From positions 23,746,001 through 23,810,000 of the forward strand of contig OX597823.1 of NCBI GenBank assembly GCA_951406725.2: a stretch of 64,000 bases of DNA, given 5' to 3'. Position numbers and translations under genes: made by a program. The notes beneath the pieces were generated by a model. That model did not search any database, had not been told where the DNA came from, and saw only the letters and a program-made list of their open reading frames with translations. Source of the stretch: Octopus vulgaris. Its lineage: Eukaryota. Positions 53,285-64,000 of this stretch are shown in pieces (positions within the stretch are counted from its first letter, which is position 1; each line of letters starts with the position of its first letter).

Positions 53285-53700
53285 GTTCATCATTATCATC
53301 ATAATCCTTTAACATTAATATTCAATGTTGGCATGGATTAGACAGTTTGATATGTAGGTAAGCGAGAGTTGGTTACGTTTCTAAAGCTAGATGCCTTTCC
53401 TAATGCCAACTACTTTACAATGTGTGCTAGGTGCTTTTAATGTGCCCACCAGCATGGGTGCTTTTACGCAGCACTAGCACAAGTGCTTATGTGGGACTGA
53501 CACAAGGCTCTTGCAGGCCAGTCCTCTTCACTAAGGGGAGTGGCCTTAACAGTCCTGTTGTGGAGGATGGGTCTTTTTGAGTACAGCAAGGTATCGGGTA
53601 TCCCATGCCTTTATCCCATGTCTTCCTGGATCTCTCTCTTCCACATGTTCCATCCACTTTGAAAGATTGGCACTTTGTTATGGAGCTGTCAGCACCCATT
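53285..53700 (-). mobile_element. RTE 3' fragment
   Basis: KCQSFKVDGTCGRERSRKTW plus the decayed RTE 3' terminus. Confidence 0.7.
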
Positions 53701-54093
53701 GGCATTAGCCACTCTATCAGATGTTACTCATCACTGGTCACTTTGCATCAGTTTAGCCATCACATGATGCCACCACCCTCTCTTGATTAAAAGGGGACTG
53801 GAGTGACATGAAACAAAGTGTTTTGCTCAAGAACACAACATGCTGCCTGGTCTGAGAATCAGAGCCATGATCTAATGATCATGAGTGCAGCAGCCTAACC
53901 ACTAGGCCACATGCCTTCACACACAGACTTACTCACACACACACACACACACGTAAACATTCATTTATGTATCTATTTATATCTGTTTGTCTCAGTCAAT
54001 ATATTCTATTTCAAATTTGTCATTATCTTCTCATGTTCACCCTCATTCTCACATATATTAACCATTGATCTCAATTTCTCTGATCACTTCCAG

Positions 54094-54264
54094 TTTTGAC
54101 AATAATTGACTGTGGACCTCCAAAAGACATTTTTGGTGCATCAAAATCTTACAGTACCACCACCTATAAATCTGAAGTGATCTATACATGTCAAAGAGGA
54201 GAAAAATTAAAATCAGAATGTAAGAAGGACAGTGAATGGGCTCCATTGTCATCTGGTTGTAAAG
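54094..54264 (+). CDS. Internal exon C2: short Sushi/CCP/SCR domain
   Basis: Acceptor ttccag (ag 54092-54093), donor gtaatg at 54265; phase 1-1, 171 nt, same length as C1. Encodes LTIIDCGPPKDIFGASKSYSTTTYKSEVIYTCQRGEKLKSECKKDSEWAPLSSGCK. Confidence 0.85.
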
Positions 54265-54844
54265 GTAATGTAAATAGGTTCTATATTGTTGCTCCTGCTG
54301 ATGAAATTTTGTTTTTATTTTTGTGTTGAGTTTTTTTTCAAGGGAATCATTGCTGTGTCCATGACAATTCCTGTTATGTTTATGGCTAATGGAGGAGACT
54401 ATCGTCGTACCTGAGACATTGACAAATGCTGGTAAAAGAGTGGAGTTCATTAAAGCTACTCAAGGGACAGGTATTCTGGGCAATGGATTAAGCCGGCTTC
54501 ACAAAAACAGGAAGTCTGGAAAGGTCCAGAAGACTTCCACATAATTTCCAGTCACTACCTTTCATATTCAGGGCTTGCTTGTGAAGCAAATTTTTAACCA
54601 TATAGCCCAATCTCCACCCGATACCACATGATAGTTAAGTAAATTTTTTACTTCCATAATTATACCTCAGCTTATCTTACTCATTTTTCTTGTAATTTAT
54701 AACTTGACTTTTTAAATTTGTACAATGTGTCCTTATCCAAAATTGTGCACAATGCCTTGAACTTAGTGCTTCTACACTAGAATTTGGCAATCACTTGAAT
54801 CAGACTTCTGATGTTCTTGTCATATACCAATTCACCATCCTTAA

Positions 54845-55265
54845 ATATTCTTTTCTACTCTAGACACAAGGCCTGAAATTCTTGTGGAGGGGGCCATTCA
54901 ATTAGATCGACCCCAGTACACAACTGTTACTTAATTTATTGACCCCAAAAGGATGAAAGGCAAAGTTGACCTTGGTGGAATTTGAACTTAGAATGTAAAC
55001 ACAGATGAAATACTGTTAAGCATTTCACCTGCCATGGTAATATTCCTGCCAGCTTGCCACTTTCCACTTGAATATTATATTAATAATAATAACAGTCCCA
55101 GATTTGGGCAAAGAAAGGCAGAAATTTTTGATTTGCAGTCTTTAGTCGACATCACTAATTCCAGTTCCTGACTGGTATTTTATGTTATTGACCCATGCAA
55201 GAATGAAAGGTGAAGTTGACATTGGCTGGATTTGAACTGAACACATAATGAGTCTGAATAGCTTT
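54845..55265 (-). mobile_element. Two decayed tRNA-derived SINEs
   Basis: gaccccaaaaggatgaaaggcaaagttgacc..ggaatttgaact motif (B-box-like on the minus strand) occurs twice; a similar decayed copy lies at ~1290-1420. Confidence 0.65.
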
Positions 55266-57080
55266 GCTTCCAATTCTTTAATTACTATACATGTATACAA
55301 TTAAATGAATATAAGAATGACAATGCACTTCTCTTGAATAATGCAGGACCTCTGTCTAGGTGCAACTGGAGAATCCTATAATTGAAAATCATCTTCAACT
55401 CTAAGAATAAGTGCCCTCTCCAGTTATTGTTTCTTGATCTATTGTTTTATACTGTGGACCCCATCCATTCTTCCCCTTGTTGTCACTTTAACCTGACGTT
55501 AAAAAAATTCAAATTGTTGTAAGGGAGATAACCCAATCCCACCTGAAGCACTACCTCTAGGGTCCATCTGGATGCATCGATTTTTGTTTATAAACTGACC
55601 ATGATGTTTTCCTCCCTCCAACCATAGAGACATTATATGCCTCAGGCCATTTGGGTCTAATGGGTTGCCTATAATGCTAAGCACTTTAGATGTGAAAAAC
55701 CAATGGTCACTCTCTGACCAGTCATAGCAATCAGCCAGCAACCAAATCCACTCAGAAGGCTCTCGTTTACCCTGGGCTATAGTAGGAGACTTGTTTAAGG
55801 TTTTACGCATTGAAATTGAATAGAGAAACATATGTTTGGAAAGCAAACTTATTTCCGTACAGCCATGCCTGCTTCACTCAATGCATATTTGTTCAAAATG
55901 AACAGCTGTGAAAAAAATACTCAGGGTCACTTCATGAATGGAAAATATATAGTTAAGTGGCTACTTATTGAACAATGATATTATGATTAACTGAAACTTA
56001 TTAATATATATTCATTTTACTGTTCAGTGAGTGATGAAATATTTATGTTAATGACTTCTCCTGGTTATATGATTGTAAAAATCACTTTTTTTATTCTCAT
56101 TTCACTAAAGATCTAATTTTGTTGAATATAATTTCTTAGGTTGATAAATTAAGTTGTAAATGTTCACATTGACTACATACTTATATCAATCATCTTGGTG
56201 AAGATCATCCTTTAATGTCTGCTGTCCATGCTAGCATGGGTGGAATAGTTTCACAGGAGCCAGCTAAGCAGAAGCCTGTATCAATCTTCTGTGACTGTTT
56301 TGTTAAGATTGTTACAGCTGGATGCCTTTCCTAACACCAACTACCCAGCAGAGTGGACTTCGTGCTTCTTACTTGGCACAAGTGCATGTGAGGCCAATTT
56401 TGGCAAGGTTTTTACAGCTAGATCATCTTGTAAATGCCAACCACTTTACAGTGTGGACTGGGTGCTTTTAAAGTGGCACTGGCACTGACAGGGTCACCAA
56501 GTAACTTGCAAGGCAAAAATCTTTTGAGAAGAAAGAGTCATTGGAGGAGGTGATCAAAGTAAAAGTATTTTTGTTTTCCTAAGGAAAAAATTACACAATC
56601 AGTAGAGTGATGTTTCTTGTCATGAATAGACTAGCCATATTCGGTTACATTCTTTTACATTCTGGATTCAAATCCACCAGGGGGTATTTCACATTTCATA
56701 CTCCTGAGATTGATAAAACAGTCTTACTTAAGAACTAAATTTCATTCATTTTCATGTATCCTCACACTGCAATATGTATGACTTTGTTACCATCGATGAT
56801 AATTATAATTATTCTTGCTGTTGAAGGTGAAGTATTGACAAAATCATTTGAGCATCAGATAAAATGTTTTGTGATATTTATTTTGGCTCTTGAACTTCTG
56901 GGTTCAAATCTGGCTTTTGACAACTTCATCTTTCCGAGGCTAGTAAGTAAAAATGCTGCCAGTCAAGTGTTGAGGCCTATTGTAGTTAGCCATTTCTTAC
57001 ATCAAAGCTTTGGCATTCTTCTATGTTAGAAAATATTACTGTTATTAGTTACATTGATCTAAATTTTATTTTAATTTCAG

Positions 57081-57320
57081 CTGTTGAGAGCCTTTTTTTG
57101 AAAGTAAACAATGCAATTCTGGATGTATCTGGGAAAATATTGTGGCCTAAGAAAAATGTAACAGCAGAAGCCTGTAAAAAAAAATGTCTATCTGACAAAA
57201 ATTGTTTATCATTTGAAATAAACAAAGAAAAGGGACAATGTTACTTATCGAAGGAAAGTGCAGCTTATTCCAAGGAATTTAAGTCAGCCAAAGACAGGGA
57301 TTACTACCAGCGAGTGAAAC
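57081..57320 (+). CDS. Internal exon A3: PAN/Apple domain type A
   Basis: Acceptor tttcag (ag 57079-57080), donor gtaatt at 57321; phase 1-1, 240 nt. Encodes VESLFLKVNNAILDVSGKILWPKKNVTAEACKKKCLSDKNCLSFEINKEKGQCYLSKESAAYSKEFKSAKDRDYYQRVK. Confidence 0.88.
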
Positions 57321-58772
57321 GTAATTATTATTTGTATTTTATTATTGGGCTCCTCTTTTTCTTTTCTTCTGAATTTTGTGATTCCATTTTCACTTAATAA
57401 TATATAGATAACTATTTCTGTAAGAACATTGGGAGGTTTATTAATGAGGAGGAGACATAAAGATGTTCTTGAGAAAAAGAATGAAGAGAAGAACTGTGTA
57501 CGCTGTTAAAACATTCTGATACAGCATTTCTTCAACTGGAATTCTTTTCTATATATTTCCAGTTGTTTGTTTCTTATTTTACATCAGAAACGAAACTGCT
57601 GTTCTTTTACTTAAACTTGAAGTGTAGTAGCAGTAGCAATTGTTGCAGTAATGAGTTTCTATTTATTTGCCCACTTTGACATGACTTATTGCTGGTACAG
57701 CACAGTATTTCACAAGGGATGTTATGTTCTACATAACACGAAATATAAAATAACAGAGAAAGAAATGCTATTCTACAGATTCATGTATTTTGTACATTTT
57801 GACATGGTTGTTATGGCTAGATGTTTTTCCTATCATCAACCATTATACCACATAAAGAACTTTACTGAGACTCAAAATTATTTCACCTTATACAGGTTCT
57901 TATTCAGAGTAGTTCCATGGCATTAAAAGCATAAGTGCCAGCAAATTCACCCAGTTTGCTTTTAAAGATCTTGTGTATTTCTTTTCAAATCCTTCAACCT
58001 TGAAATCCTAGACATAAGGGAAAATTCACTAGATTTATGGATCTCAATATTAAGTATGTCATTACTATCTTGATAAACCTTTTGGGCCAAAAAGAAAGTT
58101 GAGCTATTTCTCTGCATAACTATGAGGAACTGCAACTTGGCTGGAATGAGAGATATTACTGCAATATTTACCCTGGGTCCCCTCAAGAACTTCAGACTTG
58201 TTCACAGATAAGTTTTGTAGAGAGACAGTTTCAACTGATTTGAACAGCCATCCCATAATGAGATTTAAGAAATTATCAGTTATCTTCAAAAAATTTGATT
58301 TAAACATTAAGATTACAACTAATCTATATTCAACTAAGTGGATATTATTTTAGAATTGATGTGTCCAGCAAATAATACCCTATATAAAACTTAACAAGGA
58401 GAACAGACATCTTCATAAGAATTCTGGCAATTTTCCTTGGTAGCAGAATCAGATTGCATCAAGAGTGATACTCAAACCTTTGCCTGAATGTTTTCATTTT
58501 GGATAATCAATTTAGACATACTTTTTCTGATGGTGTGCTCTTGTTTAAGATTGCATGGCTGTAACAACAGACATCTTAGTTGATCACATGTTAAAGGAAG
58601 TTTTTACCCTACAAAAGCACACTTTAAGGTTAGTAATGTACAAACTCAGGTGAATTGTTTTGTAACTTGTGGACTATTTTGTGAATTAGTTGTCAGTGTA
58701 TAATGCACATGTGTGGGTGTGTGAATGTGCATGTCAGCATTTAAAATGTATTTCTTTCTTTTTTTCTTCCAG

Positions 58773-59006
58773 CCAATAATGAACATTTCAAGCTTAAAAA
58801 AGTTAGCATACCAGTAGTGGGTATTTTAGGACAGTATAAGAATAAGACCTTAAAGGAATGTAATGAAGAATGCTACAGATATGATGGATGTAATTCTTAC
58901 CAGTATGAAGAGGAAAATAAATTATGTGTTCTGAGTAATGTGACTCAGTCGACTGATAAACTTAAACCCAGCAAAAAAAAAGTAGATGTGTACATAACTA
59001 ACCCTG
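58773..59006 (+). CDS. Internal exon B3: PAN/Apple domain type B
   Basis: Polypyrimidine tract plus ttccag acceptor (ag 58771-58772), donor gtcagt at 59007; phase 1-1, 234 nt. Encodes NNEHFKLKKVSIPVVGILGQYKNKTLKECNEECYRYDGCNSYQYEEENKLCVLSNVTQSTDKLKPSKKKVDVYITNP. Confidence 0.87.
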
Positions 59007-59984
59007 GTCAGTAGACTATTTTCATTTTATTTATTATATGCATGTATTTTTGTATTTGCATCTGTGTGTGTGGCAATACTGCATGGTTAGGAGACATGGG
59101 CTTTGATCTCAAAAGACATGAGAAGACTTGAAAGAAATGAATCGAGCATGCTCTATTCACTATGCAAATGTGTGCATATATGACGTAGTATAAATGTGCT
59201 GAATGCAAAACTGGTTTTAAAGAGAAATCAGATGTAGTGTGCAAGAAAGAAGACTATGCTTGTATGGACATGCTATGCATATGGATAACTAAAGATGGGT
59301 AGAGCTTATGTATGATGGAGATGCAGGAAGACATGGGATGGAGTACTGATGGCTGACCTCAGGACACTGAATGTCATAGAAGTGATCACAGAGCACTGCA
59401 ATGTTTAGCAATATGTAATTTTTAAGAAGACTTGCTTTTTGCTTTACAACTGATTTCTGGCAGAACTTGGTTTGTATTGTGTGTGTGTGTGTGTGTTTAG
59501 GTATGGTGTGTGTGAGTACAAATGGGCATCTCACTCATATTACGTTTTCCTTATATCTTTCTCAACAGACCTTTATTCCTCCTTAAACCTTGCTACCTGA
59601 GGACATTTCAGTTGTTTCTTCCTTGCTACCTGAGAACTTTTCACTTGTTAGTCATTTTCTATTCAGTAATATTGCTCTCTACATCTACACATTTCACTAG
59701 TTATCCTCTCTGTCACCATATTATCCTTCCTCTTGCAAACCCATCCACCCTCTTGCATACAACAAGAGTAACTTAGTTTCATGCTGCTTGCCTCATCCTC
59801 AGTCATGAGCACCCAGTCCCTAGTGTAATAGCTAGTGTTCACTCAAGCCAACAATATATTGTAAACAAAGCGACCATCAGTAACTGATTTGCAACAAGTA
59901 AACCAGCTGGTTGTAAAATCTCAAGGAGATCAGAGTAGTAACTATACTAACAAGTCAATCACCACATGAAAGTGAGTGTTCCAT

Positions 59985-60060
<76 letters not shown>

Positions 60061-60812
60061 GTCTGGCGAGAGTCATTTTCTTTTAGTGCCTTATAATGTA
60101 ACACACTCACCGGTAAAATTTCCACTTATTTCTTATTTTTATTTTCTAAAATTTTTGTTGCGTCTTGCAACCTTTTCAATAGTCTTGACTCTGTCTGTTA
60201 TTTACACTGCGTTCCCTTTTGTTTGTTTTTGCGCATGTGTGTGGGTCAGTGTGTGTGTGCCTATACATGCATACATGTACGTATGTATGTATGTGTGTTT
60301 GCATGTGTATGTATGTATATATGTGTGTGTATGTATATGTATGTATGTGTTTGCATCTGTATGTATGTATCCTGCATATTTATGTGTTTGCTTGTCTGTG
60401 TTTGTGTATTTTCTATGTATGTGTGTGTGAGCATGTGTTTGTATATGTATGCACCTCTGTCTCCTGGTGTGTGCATATCTGTGTGTGTGTGTGTTATGTA
60501 ACTATGTACCATGTTTGTATGTATGGATGTGCATCCTTATATGTGTGGATCCGTGTCTCCATATGTGTCTGTTCATATAGTCTATATACCTATCCTTCTG
60601 TATATTGATCTGTTTATTTACATATCTAAATGCTTACATACAGAAATAATAAATAAAAAAATATAAAAAACATAAAATAAAAAAATATTAAATAATAACA
60701 AACACAAAAAAAAAAAAAAAATAATGATTTTAAAAAAAGGCATACACACACTCTCACACCCACATACATACATACATACATACATACATTTATCTACCTA
60801 ACAGTCCACTAA

Positions 60813-61355
60813 CTATTCTACTCTACCTGTGTAAACTGTGGGTATGGAGGTATGGTATTTATTGTGTATATTTCCTATTAATATTGGGGAGGTTTCATTT
60901 GTAAGGACATATTCTCGTATTTGACTGAGTGTTGGGTCTTTTGGGTGCTTGGATAAGATGCGGATGTCAAGTTGACCCAAGTTACCTCCATTGTGGTCTT
61001 TGGCATGTTGGTAGAGTATGGAGGACTGTTTTCTGTCATCATATTGTCTTAGATGTTCATTTATCCGTTCCGCAATGTTCCTAGACGTCTCCCTTATGTA
61101 CATCATGTTCATGTCCATACAAGCACCTTCTATGCATCTTATGCTGTAAACTACATTTCGAGTTCTACAGTTAATACTAGGGCTAATTCTACACACCATG
61201 CAGTTATCATTGGTGCATATGGTATTCTTAAACGGGTACATCCTACATAGTTGTGATCTGATGGAGTTCCCTGGCTTTTCAACAATTTTAATGTTGAGTT
61301 TGCTCTCCTTCAGAGCTTTTCTAAATCTATGGGCTAGTTCTCCATGGGCTGTGGA
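60813..61355 (-). mobile_element. Penelope-like element GIY-YIG endonuclease fragment
   Basis: C...NC.VC.....NCRTRNVVYSIRC..C...MYIRETSRNIAERINEH...SSILYQH, a PLE-type GIY-YIG domain with an upstream Cys motif. Confidence 0.8.
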
Positions 61356-61699
61356 GAACTAGCTAGAATAATGAACTAGTTAGAATAATGAACAATGTGT
61401 CCCCACTATGCGAACCCTGTGAAATGAAGAAACATATACAGAACTTCATACACTGCATGCAGTTCTCTGGATATGATCAGAAAGATAGGGTTCGTGTATA
61501 CAGGGGGGCTAGAAAGAAATTAGATAACATTATACGTAATGATACCAGTGGTACCTGCCCTAGATAGAGAAACAAAGAATGGAATAGAATACAAAGAACT
61601 TGTGACAAAGCAAACAGGGCGAACCTGTGGCATTAAACCGACAAATATCAAGGAGTGATGTTTGTAGAGGCCACAGTTTAGTCCCACTGCATGGCATCT

Positions 61700-62191
61700 T
61701 GTTACCACCTAATGCAACAATCAATGCTCAAGTCTACAGTCAGTAATTAGAGCATTTGAACCAAGCTTTGAAAAAAAAAGACCCGATTTAGTGAGTTGAA
61801 AAGGAGTAATGTTTCATCAGGACAATGTGCAACCCCACACTGCAAAGATCACATCACAGAAGATTGAAGATCTGGGTTGGAAAAACATTCCTCATCCACC
61901 TTATTCTCCCAACTTGCTTCTTCAGACTACCATTTATTTCGTTGTTTACAGAATGATTTGGGGGGACATAACTTTTGCAAACCAGGAGGTGGTCGAAACT
62001 ACATTTCAGAGTTCTTCACTTTGAAACCAAAAGAGTTTTACTTTGATGGGATTAAAAAGCTTGTAAATAGATGGAAGGAAGTCATAGATAATCAGAGAAA
62101 GCACATTGTTGATTAAATTTCAATTAAATATAACATTTGATCACTTGTTTTCTTTATTCAAAATTCAGACAGAACTTATGAGATGACCTGA
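61700..62191 (+). mobile_element. Mariner 3' fragment with right TIR
   Basis: FHQDNVQPHTA, HPPYSP, SDYHLFR, GIKKLVNRWKEVIDN; ends acagaacttatgagatgacctga-TA. Confidence 0.85.
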
Positions 62192-62197
62192 TATATA

Positions 62198-62925
62198 TCA
62201 TCATCATCATCATCGTTTAACGTCTGTTTTCTATGCTAGCATGTGTTGGATGGTTCGAACAGGGCCTGGAAAGCTAGGAGGCTGCACCAGGCTCCAATCT
62301 GATCTGGCAGTGTTTCTATAGCTGGATGCCCTTCCTAATGCCAACCACTCCGTGAGTGTAATGGGTGCTTTTTATGGGCCACTGGCACAGGGGCCAGAGG
62401 AGGCTGGCAAACAGCCACAATCGATTGGTGCTTTTACGTGTCACCGACACGGACACTAGTCAGGCGGCACTGCCATCTCCCACATTCGGACGGTGCTTTT
62501 TACGTGTCACTGGCATGGGTATCTTAACTATAATTTTCATTTGATTTTCATTTTGATGTTGATGTCTTGACACAATAGGTCTCCTCAAGAACAGCGGATC
62601 ACTCTATGATCCAAGGTTAACACAGCAGGCCATCCTGCAAACCATGAACTCACTTCATTTGTTGGGTCTTCATAGTCACAGCATATCTCAGAGGTCTCGG
62701 TCTTCGTCATTTCCTTTGTGAGGCCCTACGTGCCACTGGCACGGGTATCACAACTACAATATCCATACGATTTTTATTTTGATGTTGATGAACTTGACAC
62801 AATAGGTCTCCTCAAGCACAGCAAGCCGTCCTGCAAGCCATGAACTCACTTCATTTGTCAGGTCTTCGAAGTTACAGCATATCTCCAGAGGTCTCAGTCT
62901 TTCATCATAGCCTCTGTGAGGCTCA
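62198..62925 (-). mobile_element. RTE 3'-end element with an internal duplication
   Basis: catcatcatcgtttaacgtc..ctatgctagcatg..gctggatgcccttcctaa terminus; ~62510-62725 is repeated at ~62730-62925. Confidence 0.75.
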
Positions 62926-63449
62926 TATATATATATATATATATATATATAAATTTATATGTGTGTGTCTGTGTTTGTCAACCCCACCGTCACTTGACAG
63001 CCAATGTTGGTGTGTTTATGTCGGCATAACTTAGTAGTTCAGCAAAAGAAACCAATAGAATAAGTACCAAGCTTACAAAGAATAAGTCCTGGGTTGATTT
63101 CTTCGACTAAAAGGCAGTGTTCTGGCATTTGCAGTTGTCAAATGACTGAAGCAAGTAATAAAATAACCAAAAGAGAATTGTATATAATCCTTCTACTGCC
63201 TATTTTCCTTTCTTGCTTAGCTCAGACAGTACTACTGATTCTCCTTCTGTATGGTTGGATAAACTACATGTCACTAAAACCCAACTGATTCTAAGTTTAG
63301 TAAAGTTTTTCCAGTCAGATATGTTTTCCAAGGAGGAAGAGAAATGGAGAAAATGATTGTATTCAATGATGTCAAAAGCAGCTTACTCATGCACAAACAC
63401 ACAGACATGCACAGACATGCAGACAGACAGACAGACAGGATGTTCTGCA

Positions 63450-64000
63450 AATCATGGTAGACCAAAATCTCATCATAACTGTTGAGGAACTAGCAGAGAA
63501 GCTTGAATTTGGTCAATCAACCATACATCAACACCTGTGTGCTGTCGGAAAAGTCTGCAAAGTGAGTGAACGAAATCCTTACAAACTGTCCATGTCTAAT
63601 CACACACACAGAGCATATTTGTGCTCTTCTTTGCTGTCACATGTCACAAATGAACCTCCTTTGGACTGAATAGTGATTGGTGATTAGAAATAGGTTCTCT
63701 ATAAAAATGTCAAGTGCCAAAGACAGTGGTTCGGGAAGGGAGAAACACTGGTACTCCAGGCTAAAGGTCTTCATCCACATAAAGTGCTGTTATCTGTTTG
63801 TTGGGATATGAAAGGTTTAGTCCACTTTGAAGTTTTAAATCCAAAGCAAATGATAACAAAGGAGATCTACTGTGAGCAGCTTAAGTCTAGAAAAGGAAAA
63901 AATGACCATCTTTGGTTTCAGGACAAAAGGTGTTCTTCCATCAGGGTCATGCTCAGCCACATACAGTAAGGATGACCTGCCAAAGGCAGAAGCGCTTTGA
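63450..64000 (+). mobile_element. Decayed mariner transposase fragment (runs off the window)
   Basis: TVEELAEKL....STIHQHL...GKV, IGD, GLHPHKVLLSVCWDMKGLVHFEVL, FFHQ. Confidence 0.8.

Noticed and set aside
60140-60190. Minus-strand ttgaaaag-gttgc-aagac-gcaac-aaaa motif near the PLE GIY-YIG fragment
   Set aside because: Stem II is plausible but both catalytic boxes are mutated; too degenerate to call a ribozyme without a family consensus.
59007-64000. Expected third Sushi exon (C3)
   Set aside because: No CGPP...YTC...W exon found by eye; it probably lies beyond the window.

Overview
AT-rich, microsatellite- and transposon-dense animal DNA; the repeat families suggest an octopod cephalopod (inference, no database search run). 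The window lies inside one large + strand intron-rich gene, with no first or last exon visible. Eight coding exons, all AG/GT-bounded and phase 1-1, encode a tandem three-exon module [PAN/Apple type A]-[PAN/Apple type B]-[short Sushi/CCP] in the order A1-B1-C1-A2-B2-C2-A3-B3. They splice into 1755 nt (585 codons) with no stop. The introns hold RTE LINEs (one 5'-truncated copy of about 3.6 kb with a PHD-like finger), Tx1/L1-like LINEs, R4/Dong-like RLE LINE remnants in (TAA)n tracts, Penelope-like remnants, a full-length decayed mariner, hAT and piggyBac-type MITEs, a head-to-tail array of non-autonomous Helitrons, telomere-repeat foldback elements and SINEs. The most notable non-coding signal is a dispersed family of type I hammerhead ribozyme motifs with a palindromic mini stem III and an unusually long stem-loop II, one copy having an intact core. 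Several long near-perfect palindromes also occur. All coordinates and similarities were read by eye; repeat boundaries are approximate unless a TSD or terminus is quoted.
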